From NCBI GenBank assembly GCA_938002815.1, contig CALKZT010000034.1:30988-94987 (forward strand): a stretch of DNA of 64,000 nt, given 5' to 3'. The notes under the pieces are model-generated. The model worked only from the letters and a program-made list of their open reading frames with translations, had not been told where the DNA came from and did not search any database. Below are positions 36,563-46,534 of this stretch, one piece after another; positions within the stretch are counted from its first letter, which is position 1, and every line of letters starts with the position of its first letter. Position numbers and translations under genes: made by a program. Origin of the DNA: an uncultured bacterium (GTDB lineage Bacteria > Desulfobacterota > DSM-4660 > Desulfatiglandales > CALKZT01).

Positions 36563-39154
36563 ATGGCCATTTATGAAGAGTTAAAGGCTATTGTGGGCAA
36601 AGAAAGGGTCTTTGCCGACAGGGTAGAGTGTCTTGCCTATTCCAGGGACATGTCTGTGCACAAGGGGGTCCCTGATTATGTGGTATTTGCAAAGACAACA
36701 GAGGAGGTCTCTCAGATTTTGAAGCTTGCCACCAAAGAGAGGATCCCTGTGGTGGCAAGGGGTTCTGGGACCAGTGTCACAGGGGCAGTGCTCCCTGTAA
36801 AGGGTGGAATATTAATGGACCTCCATCTTATGAATAGGATCTTGGAGATAGACCCCAAGAACTTTTTTGCAAGGGTAGAGCCGGGGGTGATTTGTGCCCA
36901 CCTCAATGGGGTTTTGGCAAAGCAAGGATTAATGTTTCCCCCAAATCCAGGGAGTGAAGTGATAGCTACAATAGGTGGTATGGTGAGTACCAATGCCTCA
37001 GGCCACAGGGCAGTGAAATATGGGACCACCAAAGACTATATCAAGGGTCTCACCGTGGTGCTGGCCAATGGGGAGGTGATCCAGACAGGTACTTTTGCCC
37101 CCAAATCCTCCTTGGGCTATGACTTGACCCATCTCTTTGCCTCCTCTGAGGGTACTTTGGGGGTGATCACAGAGATAGTGGTAAAACTTGAGCCCAAACC
37201 AGAGTACGGTGCCCTGGCCACTGCCATATTTGGAGATGTAAACAGGGCGGGAGAGGCAGTGACAGAGGTGATTACCTCCGGCATAAAGCTGGCGGGCTGT
37301 GAGATCCTGGACAAGTTTTCTCTTAAGGTAGTTGAGGAGGTGCTGAAGAGGGATGTCTCAAAGATAGAGGCATTGCTCCTTATGGAGGCAGATGGTGCGA
37401 AGGATGTGGTGATAAAGGACATGGGTCGAATAGGCGAGATCATGAAGGCCCATGGCTGCTTGGAGTTTGATTGGTCGGACGATCCAAAGAAAAGGGAAGA
37501 GATGATGCTGGCAAGGGGCAGACTCGTTCCCACCCTTTCCAGGATAAAGCCAGGGAACAGGCTTATCCCCATAGCAGAGGATTTGGGGGTGCCTTCCACA
37601 CAGATCCCGGCTACCATAAAGGCAGCACAGAGTATCTCCCAAAAATATGGGATACTGATAGCCACCTTTGGTCATGTGGGCGATGGGAATGTACACACCA
37701 CCTTTGTGGCAGATGTGAGGGATAGAAAGGACTGGGAGAGGATAAGAGAGGCCTCAGAGGAGCTGGTTCGTATTGCCATAGAGGCAAAAGGTACCTTGAG
37801 TGCAGAGCACGGAAGTGGGCTCACAAGGGCCCCTCATATTGAACTCCAGTTGGGCAACTCCATGGAGATTATGAGGGGGATCAAGAAGTTGCTGGATCCC
37901 CTTAACATCTTGAACCCCGGGAAGATGGGCCTGGAAGGTGAAAAGAGTGATATATTCGACTATTTTGCCTTTCAACCCCTCTTGGAGAATCCCGAGGGGG
38001 CAAGGTCCTTTGGAAGGGAGATTGACAACGAGGTACTGGCCTGCATTCACTGCGGTTTCTGTCGGCTTGGGTGTCCCACCTTCGCCCTGAGTCACAGGGA
38101 ATCAAAGAATGCCAGGGGAAGGAATGCCCTGGCATTCTATTTCATGAACAAAGAGATCGAGCCTTCAAAGGAGCTGGCAGAGGCCTTCTATAGCTGTACC
38201 ACATGTCAGGCCTGCACCTACTTCTGCCCCGCCAGGATAAAGGTGGATGAGATAGTGGAAGGGGTAAGAAGATACCTGTACAAAGAGGGTCTTACCCCTG
38301 AGCCTGTCTTGGGGGTGAGGGACAATATCTTAAAGACCGGAAACGTCTACGCAAGCCCCAAGGAGGAAAGGATCCAGGTCTATCCCCCTGCCCTAAAGGA
38401 GAAAATCAGGCAGGGGACCCTAAGAGCCAGGGCAGATACCCTTTTGTTCATGGGCTGTGTGCCCAGTTACCTGGACATGAAGATGGTACCTAGCCTCATC
38501 AAACCCCTTGATCTGGCAAAAGTGGACTACACAGTGCTTGGAATAGAAGAAAACTGTTGTGGCTTTCCCCTCTACCTCATGGGTAGTGATGCCTTTGAAG
38601 GCCATGCCAAAAGGGTGGCTGAGGCCATAGCGGCCACAGGCGCAAAAGAGCTGGTAACCCCTTGTGCCGGGTGCTTTAAGACCTTCAAGAAGATCTATCC
38701 CAAGGTAGTGGATCTCAAGATGGAGGTGCACCACACCGTCACATATCTCCATAAGCTACTCCAAGAGGGAAGATTGAAGCTCACCAAGCCGATTGAGGCG
38801 CAGGTCACCTATCACGATCCCTGCGATTTAGGTAGGGCATTGCAGATCTTTGAGCCCCCAAGGGATTTACTGAAAGCCATCCCGGGTCTAAAGTTGGTGG
38901 AGATGCCCAGGAATAGGCTCCAGGCCAAGTGCTGTGGAGGCGGAGGAGGGGTTATGGCCAATAACCCCGATATGGCAGTGGGTATGGCCTCTGATAGGGT
39001 AATGGATGCCCTCTCAGTGGGTGCAGATATCATAGTTTCTGGATGTGCTGCCTGCAAAGACACCTTGAGAAAGGGTCACAAGGCCCTTCCCAAAGAGAAG
39101 AGGGGAAAGCTTAAGATCATGGACATATCTGAGATCATAGGAGAGGCTATCTGA
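36563..39154 (+). CDS. FAD-linked oxidase (GlcD-like) fused to Fe-S/CCG-domain oxidoreductase (GlcF/HdrD-like)
   Basis: 863 aa. FAD-binding PVVARGSGTSVTG. Clusters CIHCGFCRLGCP and CTTCQACTYFCP. Two CCG-type regions (NCCGFPL; PCDLGR...KCCGGGGG). Confidence 0.8.
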   Translation: MAIYEELKAIVGKERVFADRVECLAYSRDMSVHKGVPDYVVFAKTTEEVSQILKLATKERIPVVARGSGTSVTGAVLPVKGGILMDLHLMNRILEIDPKNFFARVEPGVICAHLNGVLAKQGLMFPPNPGSEVIATIGGMVSTNASGHRAVKYGTTKDYIKGLTVVLANGEVIQTGTFAPKSSLGYDLTHLFASSEGTLGVITEIVVKLEPKPEYGALATAIFGDVNRAGEAVTEVITSGIKLAGCEILDKFSLKVVEEVLKRDVSKIEALLLMEADGAKDVVIKDMGRIGEIMKAHGCLEFDWSDDPKKREEMMLARGRLVPTLSRIKPGNRLIPIAEDLGVPSTQIPATIKAAQSISQKYGILIATFGHVGDGNVHTTFVADVRDRKDWERIREASEELVRIAIEAKGTLSAEHGSGLTRAPHIELQLGNSMEIMRGIKKLLDPLNILNPGKMGLEGEKSDIFDYFAFQPLLENPEGARSFGREIDNEVLACIHCGFCRLGCPTFALSHRESKNARGRNALAFYFMNKEIEPSKELAEAFYSCTTCQACTYFCPARIKVDEIVEGVRRYLYKEGLTPEPVLGVRDNILKTGNVYASPKEERIQVYPPALKEKIRQGTLRARADTLLFMGCVPSYLDMKMVPSLIKPLDLAKVDYTVLGIEENCCGFPLYLMGSDAFEGHAKRVAEAIAATGAKELVTPCAGCFKTFKKIYPKVVDLKMEVHHTVTYLHKLLQEGRLKLTKPIEAQVTYHDPCDLGRALQIFEPPRDLLKAIPGLKLVEMPRNRLQAKCCGGGGGVMANNPDMAVGMASDRVMDALSVGADIIVSGCAACKDTLRKGHKALPKEKRGKLKIMDISEIIGEAI

Positions 39155-40383
39155 TGAGAGTAGAGGCTAAGCCTATCGAGGCCACAAAGTTGTTGAAAAA
39201 GGTAATGTCTGACCACTTTTATGAGCTGGATGAGGCTTCGAGGACGAAGTCCAAAAAGATCGCCTGGTGTACCAGTGTAGGCCCTGCAGAGCTCTTAAGG
39301 GGGATGGGGTTTTTGGTGTATTTCCCTGAAAACCACGGTGCCATGTTAGGAGCCTCCAGGATGGCTACGGAGCTGATCCCGTATGCCAACCAGCTGGGCT
39401 ATTCCCCTGATATCTGTTCCTATCTTACAAGCGACATAGGTTCTTACCTTGCAAAGAAGACCCCCCTTCAGAAGTCCTACAATATAGAGGCCCCTCCAAG
39501 GCCTGACGTGCTGGTATTCAATACGAATCAGTGCAGGGATGTGAAAGACTGGTTCTCCTTCTATGGAAGGGAGTTCGATGTGCCTGTGATAGGGGTCTTT
39601 ACACATAGGTCCTTGGGTAAGATCCAGGATTTTCACATAAAGGATGTGGCAGAGCAGATAAAGGCCTTGATCCCAATACTTGAAGAGGTCTCAGGCCAAA
39701 GGTTCGATATGGACAGGTTCAAGGAGGTGGTTGCCCTCTCTAAGAAGACTTCAGAGCTCTGGCGGGCATGCCTTGAGACAGCCTCACACATACCATCTCC
39801 CTGGACCTTTTTTGATGCCACAATACATATGGGACCTGCTGTTGTGGGGAGGGGGACTAAAGAGGCCAATGAATACTATGAGGTGCTCTTAAAAGAACTA
39901 AAGGAGAGGGCCAAGGAGGGTATCCCGGGGGTACCTGAGGAGAGGCACAGGGTATACTGGGAAGGCATGCCCATATGGGGGAAGCTGAGGTCCCTCTCGG
40001 AGCTCTTTTCTTCCCTTAAGACCTGCGTTGTGGCCTCCACCTATTGCAACAGCTGGATCTTCGACCAATTGGATCCTGAGGAGCCCTTCGAGAGCATGGC
40101 CCTTGCCTATACAGAGCTCTTTATAGTGCGGGATGAAGATTACAAAGAGTCCTACATCCAGAACATGTATGAGTTTTTCAGGTTCAATGGGATCATATTC
40201 CACGATGCCAAGACCTGCCCCAACAATTCCAACAATAGATATGGTATGCCAGAGAGGCTTTCAAAGAGATTGAATATCCCATGCCTTGTGATAAACGGCG
40301 ATCTAAATGACCTTAGGTGCTTTTCCGAGGAGCAGGCCAAGACCAACATAGAGGCCTTTGTGGAGCAGTTGGAGGAGGTCTGA
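39154..40383 (+). CDS. 2-hydroxyacyl-CoA dehydratase / BcrBC-family protein, single subunit (double-cubane-cluster-protein-like)
   Basis: 409 aa. Family-like N-terminus KKIAWCTSVGPAELLRGMGF..YFPENH. Multiple conserved-looking Cys (WCTS, DICSY, NQCRD, YCNSW, KTCPNN). TGATG overlaps at both ends. Confidence 0.7.
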   Translation: MRVEAKPIEATKLLKKVMSDHFYELDEASRTKSKKIAWCTSVGPAELLRGMGFLVYFPENHGAMLGASRMATELIPYANQLGYSPDICSYLTSDIGSYLAKKTPLQKSYNIEAPPRPDVLVFNTNQCRDVKDWFSFYGREFDVPVIGVFTHRSLGKIQDFHIKDVAEQIKALIPILEEVSGQRFDMDRFKEVVALSKKTSELWRACLETASHIPSPWTFFDATIHMGPAVVGRGTKEANEYYEVLLKELKERAKEGIPGVPEERHRVYWEGMPIWGKLRSLSELFSSLKTCVVASTYCNSWIFDQLDPEEPFESMALAYTELFIVRDEDYKESYIQNMYEFFRFNGIIFHDAKTCPNNSNNRYGMPERLSKRLNIPCLVINGDLNDLRCFSEEQAKTNIEAFVEQLEEV

Positions 40384-41183
40384 TGTACTATGTTGGGGTG
40401 GATGTAGGGGCCTCCAGGACCAAGGTGGCCATCTTGGAGAGAAACAAAGAGCTTGTAGGCCAAGACATAAGGCGTTCTGGGACTGACTTCAAGGCCACTG
40501 CAGAGGAGGCCTTCACCTCTGCCGCCGATGGGATCCCAGACCTGAGGGAGATGGGCTTTTTCTGCGTAAGCACAGGTTATGGGAGGAGGAATGTGGAATT
40601 TGCCCATGAGACCAGGACGGAGATCGCCTGCCATGCAAAGACCGCTTACTTCTTCTATCCTGGGGCAATAACCGTAATAGACATAGGTGGACAGGATAAC
40701 AAGGTGATCAAACTGGATGAGAAGGGCAGAAGGATTTCCTTCAAGATGAACAGAAAGTGTGCTGCAGGCACAGGTGCATTCTTGGAGGAGATGTCTTTGA
40801 GGTTGAACATCCCTTTGGAGGAGATGGACCAATTGGCCCGCAAGAGCCAGGACATGGTGGAGCTTGGTAGTTACTGTACCGTCTTCACTGCTACAGAGGT
40901 CTTAGAGAAGATAAGACAAGGGAAAAAGGTGGAAGACATAGTAAAAGGTCTTTTTCTCTCCGTTTTAAAGCGGGTCTTCGAAATGGATATCTTAAGCCAA
41001 AAGGTGGTTATGACAGGTGGGGTAGTGGCCCACAATCCCTATCTGGTAGAGATGGCAAAGGAGATCTCCGGGAATGAGATACTGGTCCCGCCATTTCCAC
41101 AGCTTGCTGGTGCCTTTGGGGCCGCTCTTTTTGCATGGGAGTTAATAGAATCAAATAAAAGGGAGGTTGAAGATGAGAAGTAA
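40383..41183 (+). CDS. BcrAD/BadFG/HgdC-type activase ATPase (archerase)
   Basis: MYYVGVDVGASRTKVAI (ASKHA phosphate-1). IDIGGQDNKVI. Cluster-bridging Cys motifs NRKCAAGTGAFLEEM and GSYCTVFTATEV. Confidence 0.85.
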   Translation: MYYVGVDVGASRTKVAILERNKELVGQDIRRSGTDFKATAEEAFTSAADGIPDLREMGFFCVSTGYGRRNVEFAHETRTEIACHAKTAYFFYPGAITVIDIGGQDNKVIKLDEKGRRISFKMNRKCAAGTGAFLEEMSLRLNIPLEEMDQLARKSQDMVELGSYCTVFTATEVLEKIRQGKKVEDIVKGLFLSVLKRVFEMDILSQKVVMTGGVVAHNPYLVEMAKEISGNEILVPPFPQLAGAFGAALFAWELIESNKREVEDEK

Positions 41184-42750
41184 ATGGATGCACATGGGCA
41201 CTGTCTTAAAAATGCACGCCTTACACTATCCCAACAAGTTGGGCTGGCAGGACAAGTTCAAGGAATATACCTTCAAGGAGTGGAACGAGAGGGCTTGTAG
41301 ATTAGCCAACGGGTTGCGTTCTCTGGGCGTAAACTACAAGGACACCTTTGCGACCATAGCATACAACAGGGGCGAGTGGATGGATATATATGCTGGATGC
41401 GCCAAAGGCGGACAGATAATCGTCCCTGTAATGTTTAGGCTTGAGGGACCAGAGATTGAGTACATAGTTAACCATGCAGAATGTAAGGCATTTATTGTTG
41501 AAGAGCCTTTCGTAGAAAAGATAAATAAGATCAAGGATAAGTTGTGTGTTCCGAAAAATGCATATGTATATTTAGGGAATGGTCCTGCTCCTGAGGGCTA
41601 CATTCACTATGAAGAGTGGTTGAAAAACTCTGACCCTAATGAGGTAGATTACTTAGTAGACGCTGATGATCCTTGGACTATAATGTATACCTCTGGTACA
41701 ACAGGCAGACCAAAGGGGGTTGTAAGAACACACGAAAGTTATATGGCACAGTATTACCTCAACGATATAAATATGGGTGTGAGACCGACAGATAAGGTCA
41801 TGCTTGTTATGCCGATGTGCCATGTAAATTCCATCTTTTATAGCTTTTGCTATACCCTGGTGACTGCCCCTGTATTCGTCTACAATATGGTCAGTTTCGA
41901 CCCAGAGGACCTTTTGAGAACCATTGAAAAATACAAGATAACATTTACCTCCCTGGTTCCAACTCACTATGTGATGATACTTGCCCTCCCAGATGAGATC
42001 AAAGGGAGCATTGATGTCTCTTCCATTAGGCAGCTCTTGATCTCATCGGCTCCTGCCAGAAAAGAGCTAAAACTGGCAATCATGGAGTATTTTAAGAATG
42101 CAGAGCTATGGGAGGCCTATGGAAGCACCGAGGGAGGGCTCGTAACCCTGCTAAGGCCTGAGGAGCAATTTACAAAGCTTGGGAGTATAGGGAGGGAGAT
42201 ATTTGGTATTGATAGGATCAGGCTCCTTGACGAAAACAAGCAAGAGGTCCCTGTTGGGGAAGTGGGAGAGCTCTACTACAGGACACCCATGCTCTTTAAG
42301 GAATACTGGAAGGAACCAGAGAAGACTGCCCAGGCATTCTTTGAGGGCTGGTCCTCTGCAGGGGATATGGCCAGAAAGGATGAGGATGGCTACTTTACCC
42401 TTGTGGATAGAAAGGCCAATATGATCATTACAGGCGGGGAAAATGTCTATCCCTCTGAGGTAGAGGCAGTGGTGGCTACCCACAAGGCAGTAAAGGACGT
42501 GGCTGTGATAGGGGTGCCTGATCCCAAGTGGGGTGAAAGTATTAAGGCAGTAGTAGTCTTACACCAGGGCTTTGAACCTACAGAGGAGCTCAAAAAGGAG
42601 ATAATAGAGCATTGCAAGGGAAGGCTGGCAGGATACAAGAGGCCCAAGTCTGTGGACTTTATAAGAGATGAGGAGATGCCGAGGACTCCCACTGGCAAGA
42701 TACTTCACAGGTTGCTGAGGGAGAGATACGGAAAGTGGTCAGATACTTAA
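41173..42750 (+). CDS. AMP-forming acyl-CoA synthetase/ligase
   Basis: IMYTSGTTGRPKGV. GDMARKDEDGYFTLVDRKANMIITGGENVYPSEVE. PRTPTGKILHRLL. ATG 41173 lies 6 nt after gggagg and overlaps the activase gene end. Confidence 0.85.
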   Translation: MRSKWMHMGTVLKMHALHYPNKLGWQDKFKEYTFKEWNERACRLANGLRSLGVNYKDTFATIAYNRGEWMDIYAGCAKGGQIIVPVMFRLEGPEIEYIVNHAECKAFIVEEPFVEKINKIKDKLCVPKNAYVYLGNGPAPEGYIHYEEWLKNSDPNEVDYLVDADDPWTIMYTSGTTGRPKGVVRTHESYMAQYYLNDINMGVRPTDKVMLVMPMCHVNSIFYSFCYTLVTAPVFVYNMVSFDPEDLLRTIEKYKITFTSLVPTHYVMILALPDEIKGSIDVSSIRQLLISSAPARKELKLAIMEYFKNAELWEAYGSTEGGLVTLLRPEEQFTKLGSIGREIFGIDRIRLLDENKQEVPVGEVGELYYRTPMLFKEYWKEPEKTAQAFFEGWSSAGDMARKDEDGYFTLVDRKANMIITGGENVYPSEVEAVVATHKAVKDVAVIGVPDPKWGESIKAVVVLHQGFEPTEELKKEIIEHCKGRLAGYKRPKSVDFIRDEEMPRTPTGKILHRLLRERYGKWSDT

Positions 42751-42769
42751 AAAGAGGAGGTAATACAGG

Positions 42770-43957
42770 ATGTTGAAGAACTCTTTTATTCCTTACAAGG
42801 GGTACTATTCGTCACCTTTTTGCAGGTGGCAGGGGTCCCTTGCCTTGGACAATGCCATTGAATTGGGCGCAAAAACCGCCAAGAGGTGGTTAGAGTCCAA
42901 AAAATGGGAACCCACTATATTCGACTATGTCATCTTTGGAAACACCGTGGGGCAGCACCATCAGTTCTATTCCAGCCCATGGGCAGCCCATATGATGGGG
43001 GCAAGGGTCCCTGCAGTGGCCATGAGCCAGGCATGCACCACCTCCACTACATGCCTATTCTTTGGGGCCATGGGTGTAGAGTTGGGGTTATTCAAGAACG
43101 TCTATGTGATGCTTGCAGACAGATGTTCCAACGGTCCACATACCATTTGGCCTAATCCCCTCGGACCTGGTGGTGAGGTGATCTCAGAAAATTGGCTCAT
43201 GGACAATTTCAACTCAGACCCTGCGGTTGGAAACAAGATGATAGAGACCGCAGAAAATGTGGCAAAGGAGGCGGGAATTACAAGAGAAGAGTGCGATGAC
43301 CTCACGGTTAGGAGGTACGAGCAGTATCTGGATTCCCTAAAGAACGACAGGGAATTCCAGAGGCGCTATATGTTCCCTGTGGAGGCCACTGTCACCAAGA
43401 AGGATACAAAGCTTGTAGAAGAGGACGAAGGGATTACTCCTGTGAAAAAGGATGTGATAGCCAAGATGAAGCCTGTGATCCCAGGGGGGGTACTTACATT
43501 CGCAACCCAAACACACCCTGCAGATGGAAATTGTGGTCTGATCGTGACAACAAGGGAAAAGGCAAAGGAGTTGAGCGCAGATCCGAATATCCCTATACAG
43601 GTGATTTCTTATGGTTGTGCGAGGGTAAAGCCGGGTTACATGGCAATGGCACCTGTTCCCTCTGCCAGAATGGCCTTGGCCAATGCAGGCTTGGACATAA
43701 AGGACATGAAGGTGATAAAGACCCACAACCCATTCATAGTAAACGACATCTACATGGCCAAGGAATTGGGGATTGACCCCTATAAGTTCAACAACTACGG
43801 GAGCAGTATAATCTATGGCCATCCCCAAGGGCCCACCGCAGGGAGGCTCATCATAGAAGGAATTGAGGAGACAGTCCTTTTGGGAGGTGGCTACATGCTC
43901 TGGGCAGGCTGTGCTGCAGGAGATACGGGCGCAGCCTTGGTATTGAAGATAGGTTAA
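42770..43957 (+). CDS. thiolase-like (acetyl-CoA acetyltransferase family) protein
   Basis: 395 aa. Nucleophile-region MSQACTTS. KTHNPF. C-terminal GCAAGDTGAALVL. aggagg SD. Confidence 0.7.
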   Translation: MLKNSFIPYKGYYSSPFCRWQGSLALDNAIELGAKTAKRWLESKKWEPTIFDYVIFGNTVGQHHQFYSSPWAAHMMGARVPAVAMSQACTTSTTCLFFGAMGVELGLFKNVYVMLADRCSNGPHTIWPNPLGPGGEVISENWLMDNFNSDPAVGNKMIETAENVAKEAGITREECDDLTVRRYEQYLDSLKNDREFQRRYMFPVEATVTKKDTKLVEEDEGITPVKKDVIAKMKPVIPGGVLTFATQTHPADGNCGLIVTTREKAKELSADPNIPIQVISYGCARVKPGYMAMAPVPSARMALANAGLDIKDMKVIKTHNPFIVNDIYMAKELGIDPYKFNNYGSSIIYGHPQGPTAGRLIIEGIEETVLLGGGYMLWAGCAAGDTGAALVLKIG

Positions 43958-43980
43958 TGGAAGATTTGGAGGCTATTCCC

Positions 43981-44949
43981 TTAATCAGGGGATGGCCTCT
44001 TTGTATAGTATCTCTTCTGTCCCACCTCATACCAAAAGACCTTCCCCTGATTTGTGAAAAGGGTGAGCTTAAAGGGGAGGTTTTTTGGGCTCAAGAGGCC
44101 CTGGAGGTTGGCAGTGGGGTAAAACCTTAGGTCCAGGACCTCCAGTTTCTCTCCTTCTCTGGATACTGCCCCAAACCTTAAGAACCTATTAAAATAGAAG
44201 TCCAAGAATCTATCCTTCTGGAGATCCCCTGGTAGAGGCTCACTCCTTACAGGGAGAAAGCTACTCACATATCTTGTCTTTCCCGTAATTATGTTGTGGC
44301 TTTTCAAGGACAAAGAATCCTTTGAGGCTTCTATTACCTTCCAATTAATGGGGGCCAAGAGATCGGGAAGGACTTCCACTGATAAGGTAGGACTTTGTGC
44401 CTTTATTTTACTCTGGAGGCCAGTTTTAACTGTAAGACAAAAGATGGGGTATAGGAGCCAGACTAGGAGCAATGCTGAATAGAGCTTAGAGGGCTTTACT
44501 TTAAATGCCCTCATAATAGAGAAAGATAAAAGCAAGAGGGCCCAATATATTGGATCTATGATGAAGAGGGCATCTAAAGCAAACCTTTTGTGACTAAAGG
44601 GACTTAACAGGGATGTGCCATAACTTGTCATGAGGTCCAAATAGAGATGCCCTAAGATTGAAAAGAGTACTCCAAAGGCTAACTTTCTTAGCTCTTGTAT
44701 TTTAAATGAAATTTTTTTGTGATAGAAGAGTAAGATCAGCGAGGTCCAAAGTATAGACGTTATGATACCATGACTTAAGGAGCGGTGGTGTATGAGATAT
44801 TCTCTTCTGTCAAAAAAATATGTGATTATATCAATGTCAGGTATTAATGCGCCAATTAGGATTAAAGGGAATACAATTTTGACTTTTGATCTTTCCTTAA
44901 AATATCTCCCCTGAATGATGCCAGATATTAGATGGGTTGCCTGGTCCAT
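43981..44949 (-). CDS. YdjM-like membrane-bound metal-dependent hydrolase with C-terminal extension
   Basis: MDQATHLISG N-terminus. HRSLSHG motif. 5-6 TMs, then a soluble tail of about 130 aa. Confidence 0.55.
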   Translation of the reverse strand: MDQATHLISGIIQGRYFKERSKVKIVFPLILIGALIPDIDIITYFFDRREYLIHHRSLSHGIITSILWTSLILLFYHKKISFKIQELRKLAFGVLFSILGHLYLDLMTSYGTSLLSPFSHKRFALDALFIIDPIYWALLLLSFSIMRAFKVKPSKLYSALLLVWLLYPIFCLTVKTGLQSKIKAQSPTLSVEVLPDLLAPINWKVIEASKDSLSLKSHNIITGKTRYVSSFLPVRSEPLPGDLQKDRFLDFYFNRFLRFGAVSREGEKLEVLDLRFYPTANLQGLLSPKNLPFKLTLFTNQGKVFWYEVGQKRYYTKRPSPD

Positions 44950-44971
44950 TAGCTCTTGTAGCTGAAGAGTC

Positions 44972-46132
44972 CTAATATAGGAGGTACTGCTCTCTCCACT
45001 TTAGATACTGCTTGTGTTCCTGCTCATAACTCGAGATAAGATCCATGATCTCCCCGCCATTATCTATACATTCTCTTAGGTTTCTATCTCCCCAAACAAT
45101 GTCCACAGGCATTCTTTCGTGTTCGTACTCATAGGGGGGAGCCTTCCAAGAGAACTTTGCGGAAAGCTCTTTTACTGCCCTAAGTACTTCTGCTATAAAG
45201 GCACTACCTCTAAAGCCCTTTTTATCAGTGACATGGATGGTGAATCCATGGCAGAGCTCCCCCTGCCATTTGTTGAAGGTAGGTTTGAAGTGATATTCCT
45301 GGAGAACTATCCCCTCTAAGCACCTGGGATTTAGGGCCCTCTTTAACCCGTAGGGGTCCAAAAAGGGCGCTCCGAAGATCTCAAAGGGCCTTGTGGTTCC
45401 CCTCCCCTCCGAGATGTTGGTGGCCTCCAAGAGGACTGTGGCGGTGTAGGCAAGGGCAGTGGTAGTAAAGGGCATATTGGGAGAGGGCATATGCCAGATA
45501 AGGCCTGTATCTTCAAATGACATCTCCCTTTTCCAGCCCTTCAACTGGATAACCTCAAGATCGAGGTCCAGGCGATAGTGGTCTTTGAGTGCCAGTGCAA
45601 TTTCTCCCAAGGTTAGTCCATGCCTCAAAGGAATTGGGAGGTTTCCCACAAAGGAGAAAAGCCCTTCCTTTAATATGGGTCCATCTATGGTCATTCCATT
45701 TACGGGATTGGGCCTATCGAGGACCAAGAGCTTTGTGCCGGTTTGGGCCGAGATCCTCATGCATCCCAAGAGGGTGCTTGAAAAGGTGTATACCCTTGTG
45801 CCCACATCCTGCAAATCTACCAGGAGGATATCCAAATCCTCCAGCATCCATGAGGAGGGTTCTCTGCGGGACTCATAAAGGCTATATACGGGCACCTTAT
45901 AGATGGGATGAATGGAATGGGGTGTCTCTATCATGTTGTCCTGGTCCTGGCCATAGAACCCATGCTGTGGACCGAATATGGCCTTAAGGCTACAGGGTAC
46001 TCTCTCCCAAAGGAGGTCAACTATGTGGACCAGGTCCCTTGTGAGGGAGGCCTGGTTACAAAGCACTCCAATCCTTGCACCTTTTAGGCTAGGGGCCCAA
46101 TCCAAAATTCGATCTATGCCGTTTAAGACCAA
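44972..46132 (-). CDS. DUF1343 family protein (NamZ-like exo-N-acetylmuramidase family)
   Basis: NGIDRIL...LKGARIGVLCNQASL N-terminus. VDLQDVGTRVYTF. EATNISEGRGTTRPFE. Confidence 0.75.
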   Translation of the reverse strand: MVLNGIDRILDWAPSLKGARIGVLCNQASLTRDLVHIVDLLWERVPCSLKAIFGPQHGFYGQDQDNMIETPHSIHPIYKVPVYSLYESRREPSSWMLEDLDILLVDLQDVGTRVYTFSSTLLGCMRISAQTGTKLLVLDRPNPVNGMTIDGPILKEGLFSFVGNLPIPLRHGLTLGEIALALKDHYRLDLDLEVIQLKGWKREMSFEDTGLIWHMPSPNMPFTTTALAYTATVLLEATNISEGRGTTRPFEIFGAPFLDPYGLKRALNPRCLEGIVLQEYHFKPTFNKWQGELCHGFTIHVTDKKGFRGSAFIAEVLRAVKELSAKFSWKAPPYEYEHERMPVDIVWGDRNLRECIDNGGEIMDLISSYEQEHKQYLKWREQYLLY

Positions 46133-46534
46133 TTACCCCCCTCATGTGAACTGATCTTTGCCCAGCCATTATAAGGAAAAATCTGATTTTAGAAAGGTCT
46201 CTAAACTCAACTGCCTTAGACCTCTAATATATCCTCTGGGTTTGAGAAAGGACCCATTTTTTGATGTCTCCAAGGAGGGCCATTGTCACCCCACCTAAAG
46301 AAGTGATCACTTCCCAAAAGCACACTTCGTGGGTGTTGAAACGGTGGAAAGGCCTAAAACATACCTCCCAGTATTCAATCTTTGGGAGCTTTAGAGGGGC
46401 GAGGTGTTTAGTGGGTTTCATAAGGGAGGCAACTTTAGATTCCATTTAGGTCTGGGGGATAGTTAATTTTTTCTTGACCTGTTCTAAATAATCAAATTCA
46501 ATTGCCAGAGTAACTAAGAGAGGGGGAGTGTGAA

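Noticed and set aside
46224-46445. 73-aa ORF considered as a toxin-antitoxin component.
   Set aside because: It has no SD, no adjacent partner ORF with coupling, and no toxin or antitoxin family motif I can name.
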